A stretch of DNA of 28,851 nucleotides. It comes from a virus. Lineage: Duplodnaviria; Caudoviricetes. The stretch lies in IMG/VR virus record IMGVR_UViG_3300042860_003264, positions 1 to 28,851 of that record. One strand, 5' to 3'. The translations under genes were made by a program, and so were the position numbers. Positions 8,968 through 15,847 of the stretch are shown piece after piece. A model generated the notes under the pieces. It did not search any database. It was not told the DNA's origin and saw only the letters and a list, made by a program, of their open reading frames with translations. Numbering within the stretch: the first letter of the stretch is position 1; every line of letters starts with the position of its first letter.

Positions 8968-9180
8968 ATGAACGCAGCACAAGCCAAAATGACCCAGTAC
9001 GCCAAGTCGCAAACAACCGAGACCCTCATCGACGCACTCAAGAAACTGAATTGCGACTACCGCCCAGAGGCGATTATTGCAAGCACTTTCATTACCAGGG
9101 AGCTTGCGGACAGGATGAGCTACGCTGAGTTTCTTGAGCTTATGCAATGGTGCGAGGCTGAGCTCGACGCATTAGCCTAA
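8968..9180 (+). CDS. Hypothetical early protein (70 aa)
   Basis: AGGA RBS, ATG 8968, lies between promoter 1 and a terminator. Confidence 0.6.
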   Translation: MNAAQAKMTQYAKSQTTETLIDALKKLNCDYRPEAIIASTFITRELADRMSYAEFLELMQWCEAELDALA

Positions 9181-9192
9181 CCCACTGACTTG

Positions 9193-9221
9193 GCCGGGGG
9201 GAATGGGCCTCCCGGCTTTTT
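9193..9221 (+). terminator. Rho-independent terminator
   Basis: GCCGGGGGG/CCTCCCGGC stem followed by T5. Confidence 0.65.
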
Positions 9222-9254
9222 GGAAAAACTTCCACATCTTTTCCAAAAAACCTG

Positions 9255-9283
9255 TTGATCTTTAATCCCCTGCCCGATAATAT
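9255..9283 (+). promoter_or_regulatory. Sigma70-like early promoter, copy 2
   Basis: TTGATC-17bp-TAATAT followed by the same ACACACGTCGG leader as copy 1. Confidence 0.65.
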
Positions 9284-9333
9284 ACACACGTCGGCAACAA
9301 CGCTGACGCAAACCACTAACCGGAGACGATACG

Positions 9334-9498
9334 ATGCAAACGACGATTCGAATCGAAGACGCAAACAACGAGACGCAAACCCGAGGCGTATTCAAGAACG
9401 CCGACGGAACTTACACCGCGATGACCTTCACCCAGAGCAAGGACTTTAAGACCCTCAGGGGTGCTCAAAAGTGGCTCGAAGCTCGAACCGCACGCTAA
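9334..9498 (+). CDS. DUF1391 (YdaF-like) small phage protein, 54 aa, absent from the ORF track
   Basis: MQTTIRIEDANNETQTRGVFKNADGTYTAMTFTQSKDFKTLRGAQKWLEARTAR; NNE...GVF.N.DGT.TAMT...SK.FKT..GA..WL pattern; GGAG RBS. Confidence 0.75.
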   Translation: MQTTIRIEDANNETQTRGVFKNADGTYTAMTFTQSKDFKTLRGAQKWLEARTAR

Positions 9499-9570
9499 CC
9501 CACTAACCAGCCACCAACGGCGAAACCCTTCGGGGTCTTTTTACTCACACTTTTTTGGAGACGATGAACG

Positions 9571-9846
9571 ATGACGATAAGCGAACTGATTGAACGGCTC
9601 GAAGAATACCGCGACGAAATTGGCGGTGATACCGAAGTCCGATTGATGACCCAAGAAAACTGGCCCTTTGAAAATTCGATTCGCGGCTTGTGCTCGGGTA
9701 AAGAGATTAGCGAATGGGGCGACAGCGATGACGATGACGATGACGATGACAGCGACGGCGATTCCGATCCATCGGTGGTTTACATCGTCGAGCAGGACCA
9801 GCTTGGCTACGGGACAAAGCGAGCATGGGACGTTGCGAGACGATGA
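9571..9846 (+). CDS. Acidic hypothetical protein with poly-Asp tract
   Basis: MTISELIERLEE start common in phage small proteins; GAC/GAT tract at 9721-9768. Confidence 0.7.
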   Translation: MTISELIERLEEYRDEIGGDTEVRLMTQENWPFENSIRGLCSGKEISEWGDSDDDDDDDDSDGDSDPSVVYIVEQDQLGYGTKRAWDVARR

Positions 9847-10052
9847 AACCCTGCACAAAATGCACCCTTGCCAAGCCCCTCTGCGAGTTCCGGCGATCCA
9901 ACCGGACCAAGGACGGGCTAGACACTCAATGCCGATCCTGCCGAGCGGCCAAGGCCAAGACGGCAGAGGCCAGAAACACGCCTTCGACGCGGGCTAATTG
10001 GGCACGCGGGACGATGGCAAACTTACACTTAACTGAGAGGGATTATTCGTGA
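9843..10052 (+). CDS. Small zinc-finger protein (CxxC...CxxC)
   Basis: KPCTKC..KPLCEF...KDGLDTQCRSC, like the Zn ribbon preceding HNH/EndoVII domains, but no nuclease domain follows. Confidence 0.6.
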   Translation: MKPCTKCTLAKPLCEFRRSNRTKDGLDTQCRSCRAAKAKTAEARNTPSTRANWARGTMANLHLTERDYS

Positions 10053-10279
10053 AGAAAACAGACGGCGAACTACTCGACGATATCCGGCAGGCGGCTTTAG
10101 CGATCCGTGACGCAAGCGATGAAATCCCCCTAGTGGGCTCGATGACGATCGCGGAGATACAGCGGCTAGAAAGCTACGGCAACGCTCTAGCGATTTTTTG
10201 CAAGCTTCTGCGGCAGCGGCTTGAAGCACAAGACCCGGCAATCCAACACTTACGCAAAACACTAGCGGAGGGCGAATAG
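10049..10279 (+). CDS. Hypothetical protein (paralog A)
   Basis: Coupled start; similar to 10281-10484. Confidence 0.6.
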   Translation: MKKTDGELLDDIRQAALAIRDASDEIPLVGSMTIAEIQRLESYGNALAIFCKLLRQRLEAQDPAIQHLRKTLAEGE

Positions 10280-10280
10280 C

Positions 10281-10484
10281 ATGGGGATGAGCGACAAAAC
10301 CAAAGTGGAGCTGCTAATGGACATCAGGCACACGGCTTGGGTGGTCGGAAACGGCAGCGAAAAGATACCTATGGATAGGGATTGTCTTTTGCGGTTGCAG
10401 GGCCATAGCCAGCGACTAACCGATCTATGCGCGGTACTGCGAGGTCGGCTTGAGCAATCGCAACCAACGACGGAGGGCGAATAA
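10281..10484 (+). CDS. Hypothetical protein (paralog B)
   Basis: KTxxELLxDIR...IP...LRxRLE...EGE shared with the upstream gene. Confidence 0.6.
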   Translation: MGMSDKTKVELLMDIRHTAWVVGNGSEKIPMDRDCLLRLQGHSQRLTDLCAVLRGRLEQSQPTTEGE

Positions 10485-10696
10485 TGGCAGATCATTCAGC
10501 GAACGAACTTAGGGCAATCGCGGAACTTTTGGACGCGATCGAAAAGTTTCAATGCGATCACTCGCACGACTTAACTTTAATTGGCAGTCTCGACGTCTCT
10601 GACGGGCTAGAGAATCCAAGGATCGGACAGATGCAAATCAGCGGCGACAACTGGCACTACGTACCGGCAACACAGGAGGCCAAGGAAAATGAGTAG
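10484..10696 (+). CDS. Hypothetical protein
   Basis: TAATG coupling, GGAGG RBS. Confidence 0.6.
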   Translation: MADHSANELRAIAELLDAIEKFQCDHSHDLTLIGSLDVSDGLENPRIGQMQISGDNWHYVPATQEAKENE

Positions 10697-11075
10697 CAAT
10701 CAAATACCGGGCGTACCAGAGGGGTGGGAAGTCGAGCATGTAAGCAGGTTCGGCGAACCAGGGGAGCATTGCGTCAGCCCCGAAGGAGAGCCGCATTTGA
10801 TTGTGGTGCGGACTGTTTATCGCGTTTGCATCATCCGCAAGATCGAGAAGCCCGCACGCTATCGACATTTTAAGGATGCGGACGAGTATTTACCTCACTG
10901 GGGCAAGCCAATTCGCTTAAAGGACGGGACGGGCTTCGATAGCGTGGTTAGCACTAGCAAGCTTGGAGTTTACGTTGCGGCTGGAAGCACAATTATTCGC
11001 CACGCAATGGTTGACGCTTTTAGGCTATTTGAATTTGCCGACGGAACCCCCTTTGGAGTTTGCATTGATGAGTAA
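10689..11075 (+). CDS. Hypothetical protein
   Basis: Overlapping start; C-terminal F.F.DGTPFG motif typical of phage small proteins. Confidence 0.6.
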   Translation: MSSNQIPGVPEGWEVEHVSRFGEPGEHCVSPEGEPHLIVVRTVYRVCIIRKIEKPARYRHFKDADEYLPHWGKPIRLKDGTGFDSVVSTSKLGVYVAAGSTIIRHAMVDAFRLFEFADGTPFGVCIDE

Positions 11076-11325
11076 CACGGTCAACGTAAACACAACGCAA
11101 CCCCTACGCATTGCGGAGCTACTAAGCGAAGCGGCGGAGGCTGAGGGCGTCGAGAAATCGGCGTTCGTTGGGTTGGCGATTGTAGACAGAGCAATTTGGA
11201 TCCTTAGGCTAAACCGCAAGGAGACGCTTGCATCGATCCCAGATCGCGGTAGAGGGCGGCCGGTCCGCTACAACCTCAAGGACGCTCCAGCGATCAAACG
11301 AAAGCGAGGTAGGGCCAATGGATGA
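11068..11325 (+). CDS. Ribbon-helix-helix-like DNA-binding protein with AT-hook-like RGRGRP
   Basis: NVNTTQP...AAEAEGVEKSAFV strand-helix-helix pattern; start ATG 11068. Confidence 0.5.
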   Translation: MSNTVNVNTTQPLRIAELLSEAAEAEGVEKSAFVGLAIVDRAIWILRLNRKETLASIPDRGRGRPVRYNLKDAPAIKRKRGRANG

Positions 11326-11707
11326 GTTTTATTTGTTGGTCGTGGCTCGGCGTAAGCAGCGAAAGCGGACCAAGGCACCTAACGGGAGATGGCTGAAACA
11401 AAAGCCGAAAGACCGGACTCGGATTACGCGGGTAGCGAAATGCACGTTCGATCACTACTCGGCACCTAACGGCGTTGTTGCTGGTCGATGGTACAACCTT
11501 CACATTTACGATAGCCCCTTTCGGGGCATGCTCGATGCGGTTTTTGTTGGCGTATCCTCCGACCCTGGCGTAAGGGCAGCGGAAGCACTAGCCGAGCGAA
11601 TGGTATCGGGCTTGGGTCTTGCGAGCGGCGTGAAATGGGAGGCCAACTGCGGCCCCATCGATGCCGAGGATGCAGCGTTACTTAGGATTGAATTGGAAGT
11701 TGTTTAA
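11318..11707 (+). CDS. Hypothetical basic protein
   Basis: GAGGT RBS, ATG 11318. Confidence 0.55.
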   Translation: MDEFYLLVVARRKQRKRTKAPNGRWLKQKPKDRTRITRVAKCTFDHYSAPNGVVAGRWYNLHIYDSPFRGMLDAVFVGVSSDPGVRAAEALAERMVSGLGLASGVKWEANCGPIDAEDAALLRIELEVV

Positions 11708-11728
11708 CCTTTTTTTGGAGAAGTTGAG

Positions 11729-11947
11729 ATGCAAAACGAGATTACTTTTTTGAGGCGTCGACACGCTAGCCTAGAACGGGCAGTTGACAACCTGGAGCGA
11801 AACCTAAACGCATTCGAGGACTGCGGACTGAACGTAAGCGAACTGGATGAAATCTTCGATCGCATTGATGAGTGCCTGAGTGAAGTCAGGGCGATTCGCG
11901 TGGCGATCAGCGACAAGATGAGCGAATTGGAGGTGCGTTGTGAATAA
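11729..11947 (+). CDS. Hypothetical coiled-coil protein
   Basis: GGAG RBS; heptad pattern. Confidence 0.6.
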   Translation: MQNEITFLRRRHASLERAVDNLERNLNAFEDCGLNVSELDEIFDRIDECLSEVRAIRVAISDKMSELEVRCE

Positions 11948-12386
11948 ATTCGAGGCGTTAAAACAGTTCCAAGCGTGGCCCCCTGAGTGGCAGCGACTCT
12001 GTGCGGAATACTGGATTGAGACGGGGGAGGTTGAGCCTACGAAGGTTTCGACGTTCGGCGAAAGGCTAGAGTCAGCCAAAAAGCTTTTGATGGGCCAGGA
12101 AAGCGTACAGGCCAAGATATCAGCAAGGCTAGCGCAAGAGCAACCCAAAGCGGCGAAGGTGGCAGCGAAGCCAGCACGCAATTTTATGCGATACACCCGC
12201 GATGAGTTGACCGAAGTGGATTCGCATGTCTCGGAGGGTCGAGGGCCTTCGGAAGTTGCTCGAATCATGGACAAGAAATACCCTAAGCAGCGAACTATCG
12301 ACGCATGGGAAAAGATGGCGAACCGGATTAAAAAGTTCGGCTTCCTGCACATGATGGATCGGGCTGTCGATGTGGAGTTCAGGTAA
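11940..12386 (+). CDS. Hypothetical protein with possible C-terminal HTH/Myb-like domain
   Basis: RYTRDEL...GRGPSEVARIM...RTIDAW pattern. Confidence 0.5.
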   Translation: MNKFEALKQFQAWPPEWQRLCAEYWIETGEVEPTKVSTFGERLESAKKLLMGQESVQAKISARLAQEQPKAAKVAAKPARNFMRYTRDELTEVDSHVSEGRGPSEVARIMDKKYPKQRTIDAWEKMANRIKKFGFLHMMDRAVDVEFR

Positions 12387-12472
12387 TGGCAATCCTACTT
12401 GTCCTAACTGGCTTTGTCCTCGGTTGCTCCTTCGGTTGCGGAATGGTGCTATGGGGGCTCATGGATGATTGA
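12386..12472 (+). CDS. Small hydrophobic peptide (28 aa)
   Basis: MAILLVLTGFVLGCSFGCGMVLWGLMDD; TAATG coupling. Confidence 0.45.
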   Translation: MAILLVLTGFVLGCSFGCGMVLWGLMDD

Positions 12473-12560
12473 TACCGTCGAGATCTGCCGAGCAATGTTT
12501 GCCGGTGGAGTTGTTGCAATTCTTTTGGCTATTTTTTCAGAGGTGATTTATGGGGAGTGA
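12465..12560 (+). CDS. Small hydrophobic peptide (31 aa)
   Basis: MIDTVEICRAMFAGGVVAILLAIFSEVIYGE; overlaps both neighbours. Confidence 0.45.
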   Translation: MIDTVEICRAMFAGGVVAILLAIFSEVIYGE

Positions 12561-13521
12561 CTATTACCAGATCAAGGCCCTCTCGCATTCGATGCTATCC
12601 TGTCTGGCTCAAAATCCGATGGAATGCAAAATGCGGTATGTTGACGATCCGCCAAGCCTACCGCCAAAAGACTCGGCAGCGTTCGCTATGGGTCATGCGG
12701 TTCATTGCCTAGCCCTTGAGCCTGAGAAGTTCGATGAGCGGTTTGTTGTCGTCGAGAAGGTGCTATCGGCCAATTCGACGGCGGGACAGATTGCGGCTTG
12801 GTTGCTCGATAAGAACAACGAGGGCAAAATCATTCCGTGGGCCGGTAAGCCTGAAGGGGTCAACCGGCGAACCAATCTAGGCAAGACGCAATGGGCTAAT
12901 TTTGAGGCCGATTGCAAGCGAAACGGATTGGTGATTGTCGATCCAGAGGCTATCGAGATTGCTCACGATTACGCTCAATTGGTTAAGGGCAAAACGGTCC
13001 TCGACGAACAGGATCACGCCGACGCCGTGGCTTGCGTCCAGGCACTCAATAACCACCCGCAGTTCGCAGCCATCATGGCGCAACCTCGGCGAGTCGAAGT
13101 GGAGCATCATTTTGATTTGTTTGGGCATCGCTTCAAAGCTCGGTTAGATTGCGTTATCGACTCTGAGGAATGGGTCGTGGACATCAAAACGACCGACGAT
13201 GCGCGGCCGTGGAAGTGGAATTGGTCCGCTCAGGATCTTTGCTATGACAACCAAGCTTACATTTACAGAGAGGCGATTTACCAAGCAACCGGGAAACGAT
13301 ACCGATTCTTTTTCGCCGTCGTCGAAAAGCCAAAACCATCGACGCGGGGCATACCGCCAACAGCCGTGGTTTTTGAAGCAGAAGAAGACACAATGAAATC
13401 GGGCGAAACGAATACAAAAAAACTTGTCGCTGAGTACTTGCAGCGAATTACAGACAACGATTGGACGCGATCCTATAGCAAAGACATTGAGCCTTTGCGG
13501 TTGCCCGGTCGAAGATTTTAA
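12550..13521 (+). CDS. PD-(D/E)xK exonuclease, RecE/ExoVIII-like (DUF3799 type)
   Basis: LSHSML, FAMGHAVHCLALEP, KARLD, VVDIKTT, YDNQAYIY, FFFAVVEK motifs. Confidence 0.85.
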   Translation: MGSDYYQIKALSHSMLSCLAQNPMECKMRYVDDPPSLPPKDSAAFAMGHAVHCLALEPEKFDERFVVVEKVLSANSTAGQIAAWLLDKNNEGKIIPWAGKPEGVNRRTNLGKTQWANFEADCKRNGLVIVDPEAIEIAHDYAQLVKGKTVLDEQDHADAVACVQALNNHPQFAAIMAQPRRVEVEHHFDLFGHRFKARLDCVIDSEEWVVDIKTTDDARPWKWNWSAQDLCYDNQAYIYREAIYQATGKRYRFFFAVVEKPKPSTRGIPPTAVVFEAEEDTMKSGETNTKKLVAEYLQRITDNDWTRSYSKDIEPLRLPGRRF

Positions 13522-13538
13522 CCAGGAGAACGAATTAT

Positions 13539-14318
13539 ATGAACGAAGTTATCGAAGGTGAAATTGTCGCGACCGAATCCACGGCGATCATAGCCCAGCG
13601 ATCCGAACACGAAATGAAAGTGGCGACAGCCAAGAAGTTCCCTAGGTCCGTGAAGGCATTTAAGAACCAAACCAGAGAGCTTGCAACGCTCGATGAGGAA
13701 ACGGCAGGGCAATGCTTTTACGTTCTTCCAAGGGCCGATAAGGCGATTGAGGGGCCTTCGGTTCGCATGGCTGAGATTGTAGCGGCATCATGGGGCAATC
13801 TTTCCTATGGGGCTCGGATTGTCTCGGAGGATGATAAGTGGATTACCGCGCAGGGCATTTGTTACGACTACGAAAAAAACATTTCGGCATCAATCGAGGT
13901 TCGGCGTAGGATCACGAACAAAAACGGACAGCGATTCGGCGACGATATGGTTCAGGTGACAGGGCGAGCGGCTTGTTCTATCGCCTTGCGTGAAGCGATT
14001 TTCAAGGTGGTCCCGAGGGCCTTTTGGAGCGACATCCTCGATGAAGCTAAATCGGCATCGGTCGGCAAGGGGCTGACGATGGACAAGCAGCGCGAGAAGT
14101 GCATGGACTTTTGGAAAAAAGCCGGTGCAACCGAGGCGATGGTTTTGGCTTGCATCGACAAAAAAGGCGTCGAGGATATCACGATAGACGACCTTGTTTT
14201 TCTTCGAGGGTGCGCAACCGCAATGAAGGACGAGGGCATCGGAGCGGATCGCATTTTGAGCCGTTCGGATGTTGACGCACCGAAAAACAGACTGACTCCG
14301 AAGGGGCCAGCGGAATAG
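13539..14318 (+). CDS. Putative ssDNA-annealing/recombination protein (exonuclease partner)
   Basis: AKKFPRS...CFYVLPR...IEGPSVRMAE...WGNL; position next to the exonuclease. Confidence 0.5.
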   Translation: MNEVIEGEIVATESTAIIAQRSEHEMKVATAKKFPRSVKAFKNQTRELATLDEETAGQCFYVLPRADKAIEGPSVRMAEIVAASWGNLSYGARIVSEDDKWITAQGICYDYEKNISASIEVRRRITNKNGQRFGDDMVQVTGRAACSIALREAIFKVVPRAFWSDILDEAKSASVGKGLTMDKQREKCMDFWKKAGATEAMVLACIDKKGVEDITIDDLVFLRGCATAMKDEGIGADRILSRSDVDAPKNRLTPKGPAE

Positions 14319-14340
14319 CGAACCAGGATCGGCGGCGTGG
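14309..14340 (+). repeat. 32-bp perfect direct repeat, copy 1
   Basis: AGCGGAATAGCGAACCAGGATCGGCGGCGTGG, identical at 14736-14767. Confidence 0.95.
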
Positions 14341-14430
14341 CGAAAGTCACGCTAGATAGCGTAGGATTCCACTGCCAAGGTTGATCCCAGCGGTAGCGGC
14401 TAAAATGTAATCCCGCCGATCTTTTTATTT
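14326..14430 (+). ncRNA. Structured element (tRNA-like/terminator-like) 1
   Basis: Closing stem GATCGGCGG/CCGCCGATC, internal hairpin GCGTGGC-GAAA-GTCACGC, T-tract after. Confidence 0.45.
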
Positions 14431-14454
14431 TTAGCAATTAAGGAGTTTAGAGAG

Positions 14455-14745
14455 ATGAGTCGAATTAACGACGGCGGGCCAGCGTTCCCGGTGCACGACA
14501 CCTACCACCCAAACGGTCAGGTTCAATACGGCTCTAGCGGCATGAGTTTACGGGATTACTTTGCGGCTCACGCAAGCGAGCGCGACATTGAAGAGCATTT
14601 GGGTGGCAAGATATCTCCGAAGACAGGTTGCAAGACAGACTGCTTGTCGCGAGAAAAAGCAAAATTCGCCTATGCCGATGCGATGATAAAAGCGGCAAGC
14701 GAACATTCCAATCCTTTAGGCCAGGAGATAAGGCGAGCGGAATAG
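14455..14745 (+). CDS. Conserved phage hypothetical protein (GGPAFP...GMSLRDYFAA family)
   Basis: Recognisable motif; AAGGAG RBS. Confidence 0.75.
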   Translation: MSRINDGGPAFPVHDTYHPNGQVQYGSSGMSLRDYFAAHASERDIEEHLGGKISPKTGCKTDCLSREKAKFAYADAMIKAASEHSNPLGQEIRRAE

Positions 14746-14767
14746 CGAACCAGGATCGGCGGCGTGG
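14736..14767 (+). repeat. 32-bp perfect direct repeat, copy 2
   Basis: Identical to 14309-14340. Confidence 0.95.
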
Positions 14768-14818
14768 TCGGAACATCGAGTATCCCACGCCAAGCAGGTA
14801 ACCAATCCTGCCCGATCC
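14753..14818 (+). ncRNA. Minimal tRNA-like three-way-junction element 2
   Basis: GGATCGG/CCGATCC 7-bp stem, GGCGTGG/CCACGCC arm, GCAGG-TAACCAAT-CCTGC T-arm-like hairpin. Confidence 0.55.
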
Positions 14819-14906
14819 TTTTGATTTTGCGGAACACCCCGCAAGAAAGGCGAATGGTGAAAAATGACAAGACCAGATAAGCAGGTGTTTGCGAGGCTGG
14901 TTTTTT

Positions 14907-14999
14907 GCCCTGGAAGTTATTGCGGCGGAACAGCCGTGCCTTCGGCTCATTGAGCTAGTGTAGGCACGGAAGGCGAGGGTTCAAATCCCTCTCGGGGCT
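14907..14999 (+). ncRNA. tRNA-like RNA with canonical T-arm and expanded anticodon arm (or pseudo-tRNA)
   Basis: Acceptor GCCCTGG/TCGGGGC, T-arm GAGGG-TTCAAAT-CCCTC, long arm CCGTGCCT/AGGCACGG; no 7-nt anticodon loop and no CCA. Confidence 0.55.
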
Positions 15000-15036
15000 T
15001 TTGCCAACCCATTTCGGGGCGGCGTATGGAGGTTGA

Positions 15037-15249
15037 ATGATGAAGGTTACAGTACGAGCTTTCAATGCAGATGGCTACCACAGGGACATTTGCATCATGA
15101 GCGAAAAGCAGGTTCATAGCGTCGATCCTCGGATCGATGAGACTTGCACGCTCAGCATGATGAGCGGATTGCTTGGGGTTGCTCATGCGGGCATTGATCC
15201 GGCAAAGTTTCCAGAGGCGATTAGGTTTGAAATTGTCGTCGAGAAATGA
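15037..15249 (+). CDS. Hypothetical protein
   Basis: GGAGG RBS. Confidence 0.6.
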   Translation: MMKVTVRAFNADGYHRDICIMSEKQVHSVDPRIDETCTLSMMSGLLGVAHAGIDPAKFPEAIRFEIVVEK

Positions 15250-15277
15250 AAGGGTTAAACATGCTGGAGATACTACT

Positions 15278-15382
15278 ATGGTTCGTCGCGTTTGCTGTTT
15301 TTGTGTTTATTGTTGCGTTTATGTTTGCATCGTAGGTTGCAAGGCGCAACCTGTGCGGTATGAGATCGTTCAAGTCTACTAG
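15278..15382 (+). CDS. Small Cys-rich lipoprotein-like peptide (reading frame ambiguous)
   Basis: MVRRVCCFCVYCCVYVCIVGCKAQPVRYEIVQVY after GGAG; paralogous to the start of the ORF at 15397. Confidence 0.35.
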   Translation: MVRRVCCFCVYCCVYVCIVGCKAQPVRYEIVQVY

Positions 15383-15493
15383 GAGATTCAAGTGACATGG
15401 CTAATCGTATTTTTTGTTTTTGCGTGCTTGGTTGTTTTGGTTTTTTCCTAGGGTGCAAGTCGCCCGCATTGTATGAAATAATCGAGGTTTCAA

Positions 15494-15847
15494 ATGGCGA
15501 AAAGATGCAGTATTTGCACCGACGCATTCGAGGCGGCAAAGCGCGACAAATGCCCGAAGTGCCAGCTGCTAACCGATCTTGGAATCGACAAAATCAGGAT
15601 CCTGCTAAAGCTTGCGGAGACGATTCCGCGAAGGGCAAGGCGATACTTGGAGCGGGTGAACTATTTCACACCGTATTCCGTTGAGCCTATGCCACTATTA
15701 CCAGATGGCATTAAAGACCATCAAGCACGGCGGGCGATCGGTAGCAATGAAAAGACGAGTGTTTACTGGTGCTCGAAGTGCAACGTGCCCCTGAGTCGTC
15801 CATTTTGTTTGGTTTGTAAACTGAGAGGGAAAAAAGATGACCGCTGA
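15494..15847 (+). CDS. Zinc-ribbon protein (four CxxC)
   Basis: CSIC, CPKC, CSKC, CLVC; GAGG RBS. Confidence 0.6.
   Translation: MAKRCSICTDAFEAAKRDKCPKCQLLTDLGIDKIRILLKLAETIPRRARRYLERVNYFTPYSVEPMPLLPDGIKDHQARRAIGSNEKTSVYWCSKCNVPLSRPFCLVCKLRGKKDDR

Noticed and set aside
9721-9768. (GATGAC)n microsatellite as a phase-variation tract
   Set aside because: In-frame hexamer encoding poly-Asp; slippage would not shift the frame
9843-10052. HNH homing endonuclease
   Set aside because: Only the Zn-finger part is present; no HNH or EndoVII catalytic motif
14309-14767. 32-bp repeats as a CRISPR array or att sites
   Set aside because: Only two copies about 400 bp apart enclosing a gene; no cas or integrase gene in the window
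14907-14999. Functional canonical tRNA gene
   Set aside because: No 7-nt anticodon loop, A instead of U at position 8, no CCA; kept only as tRNA-like
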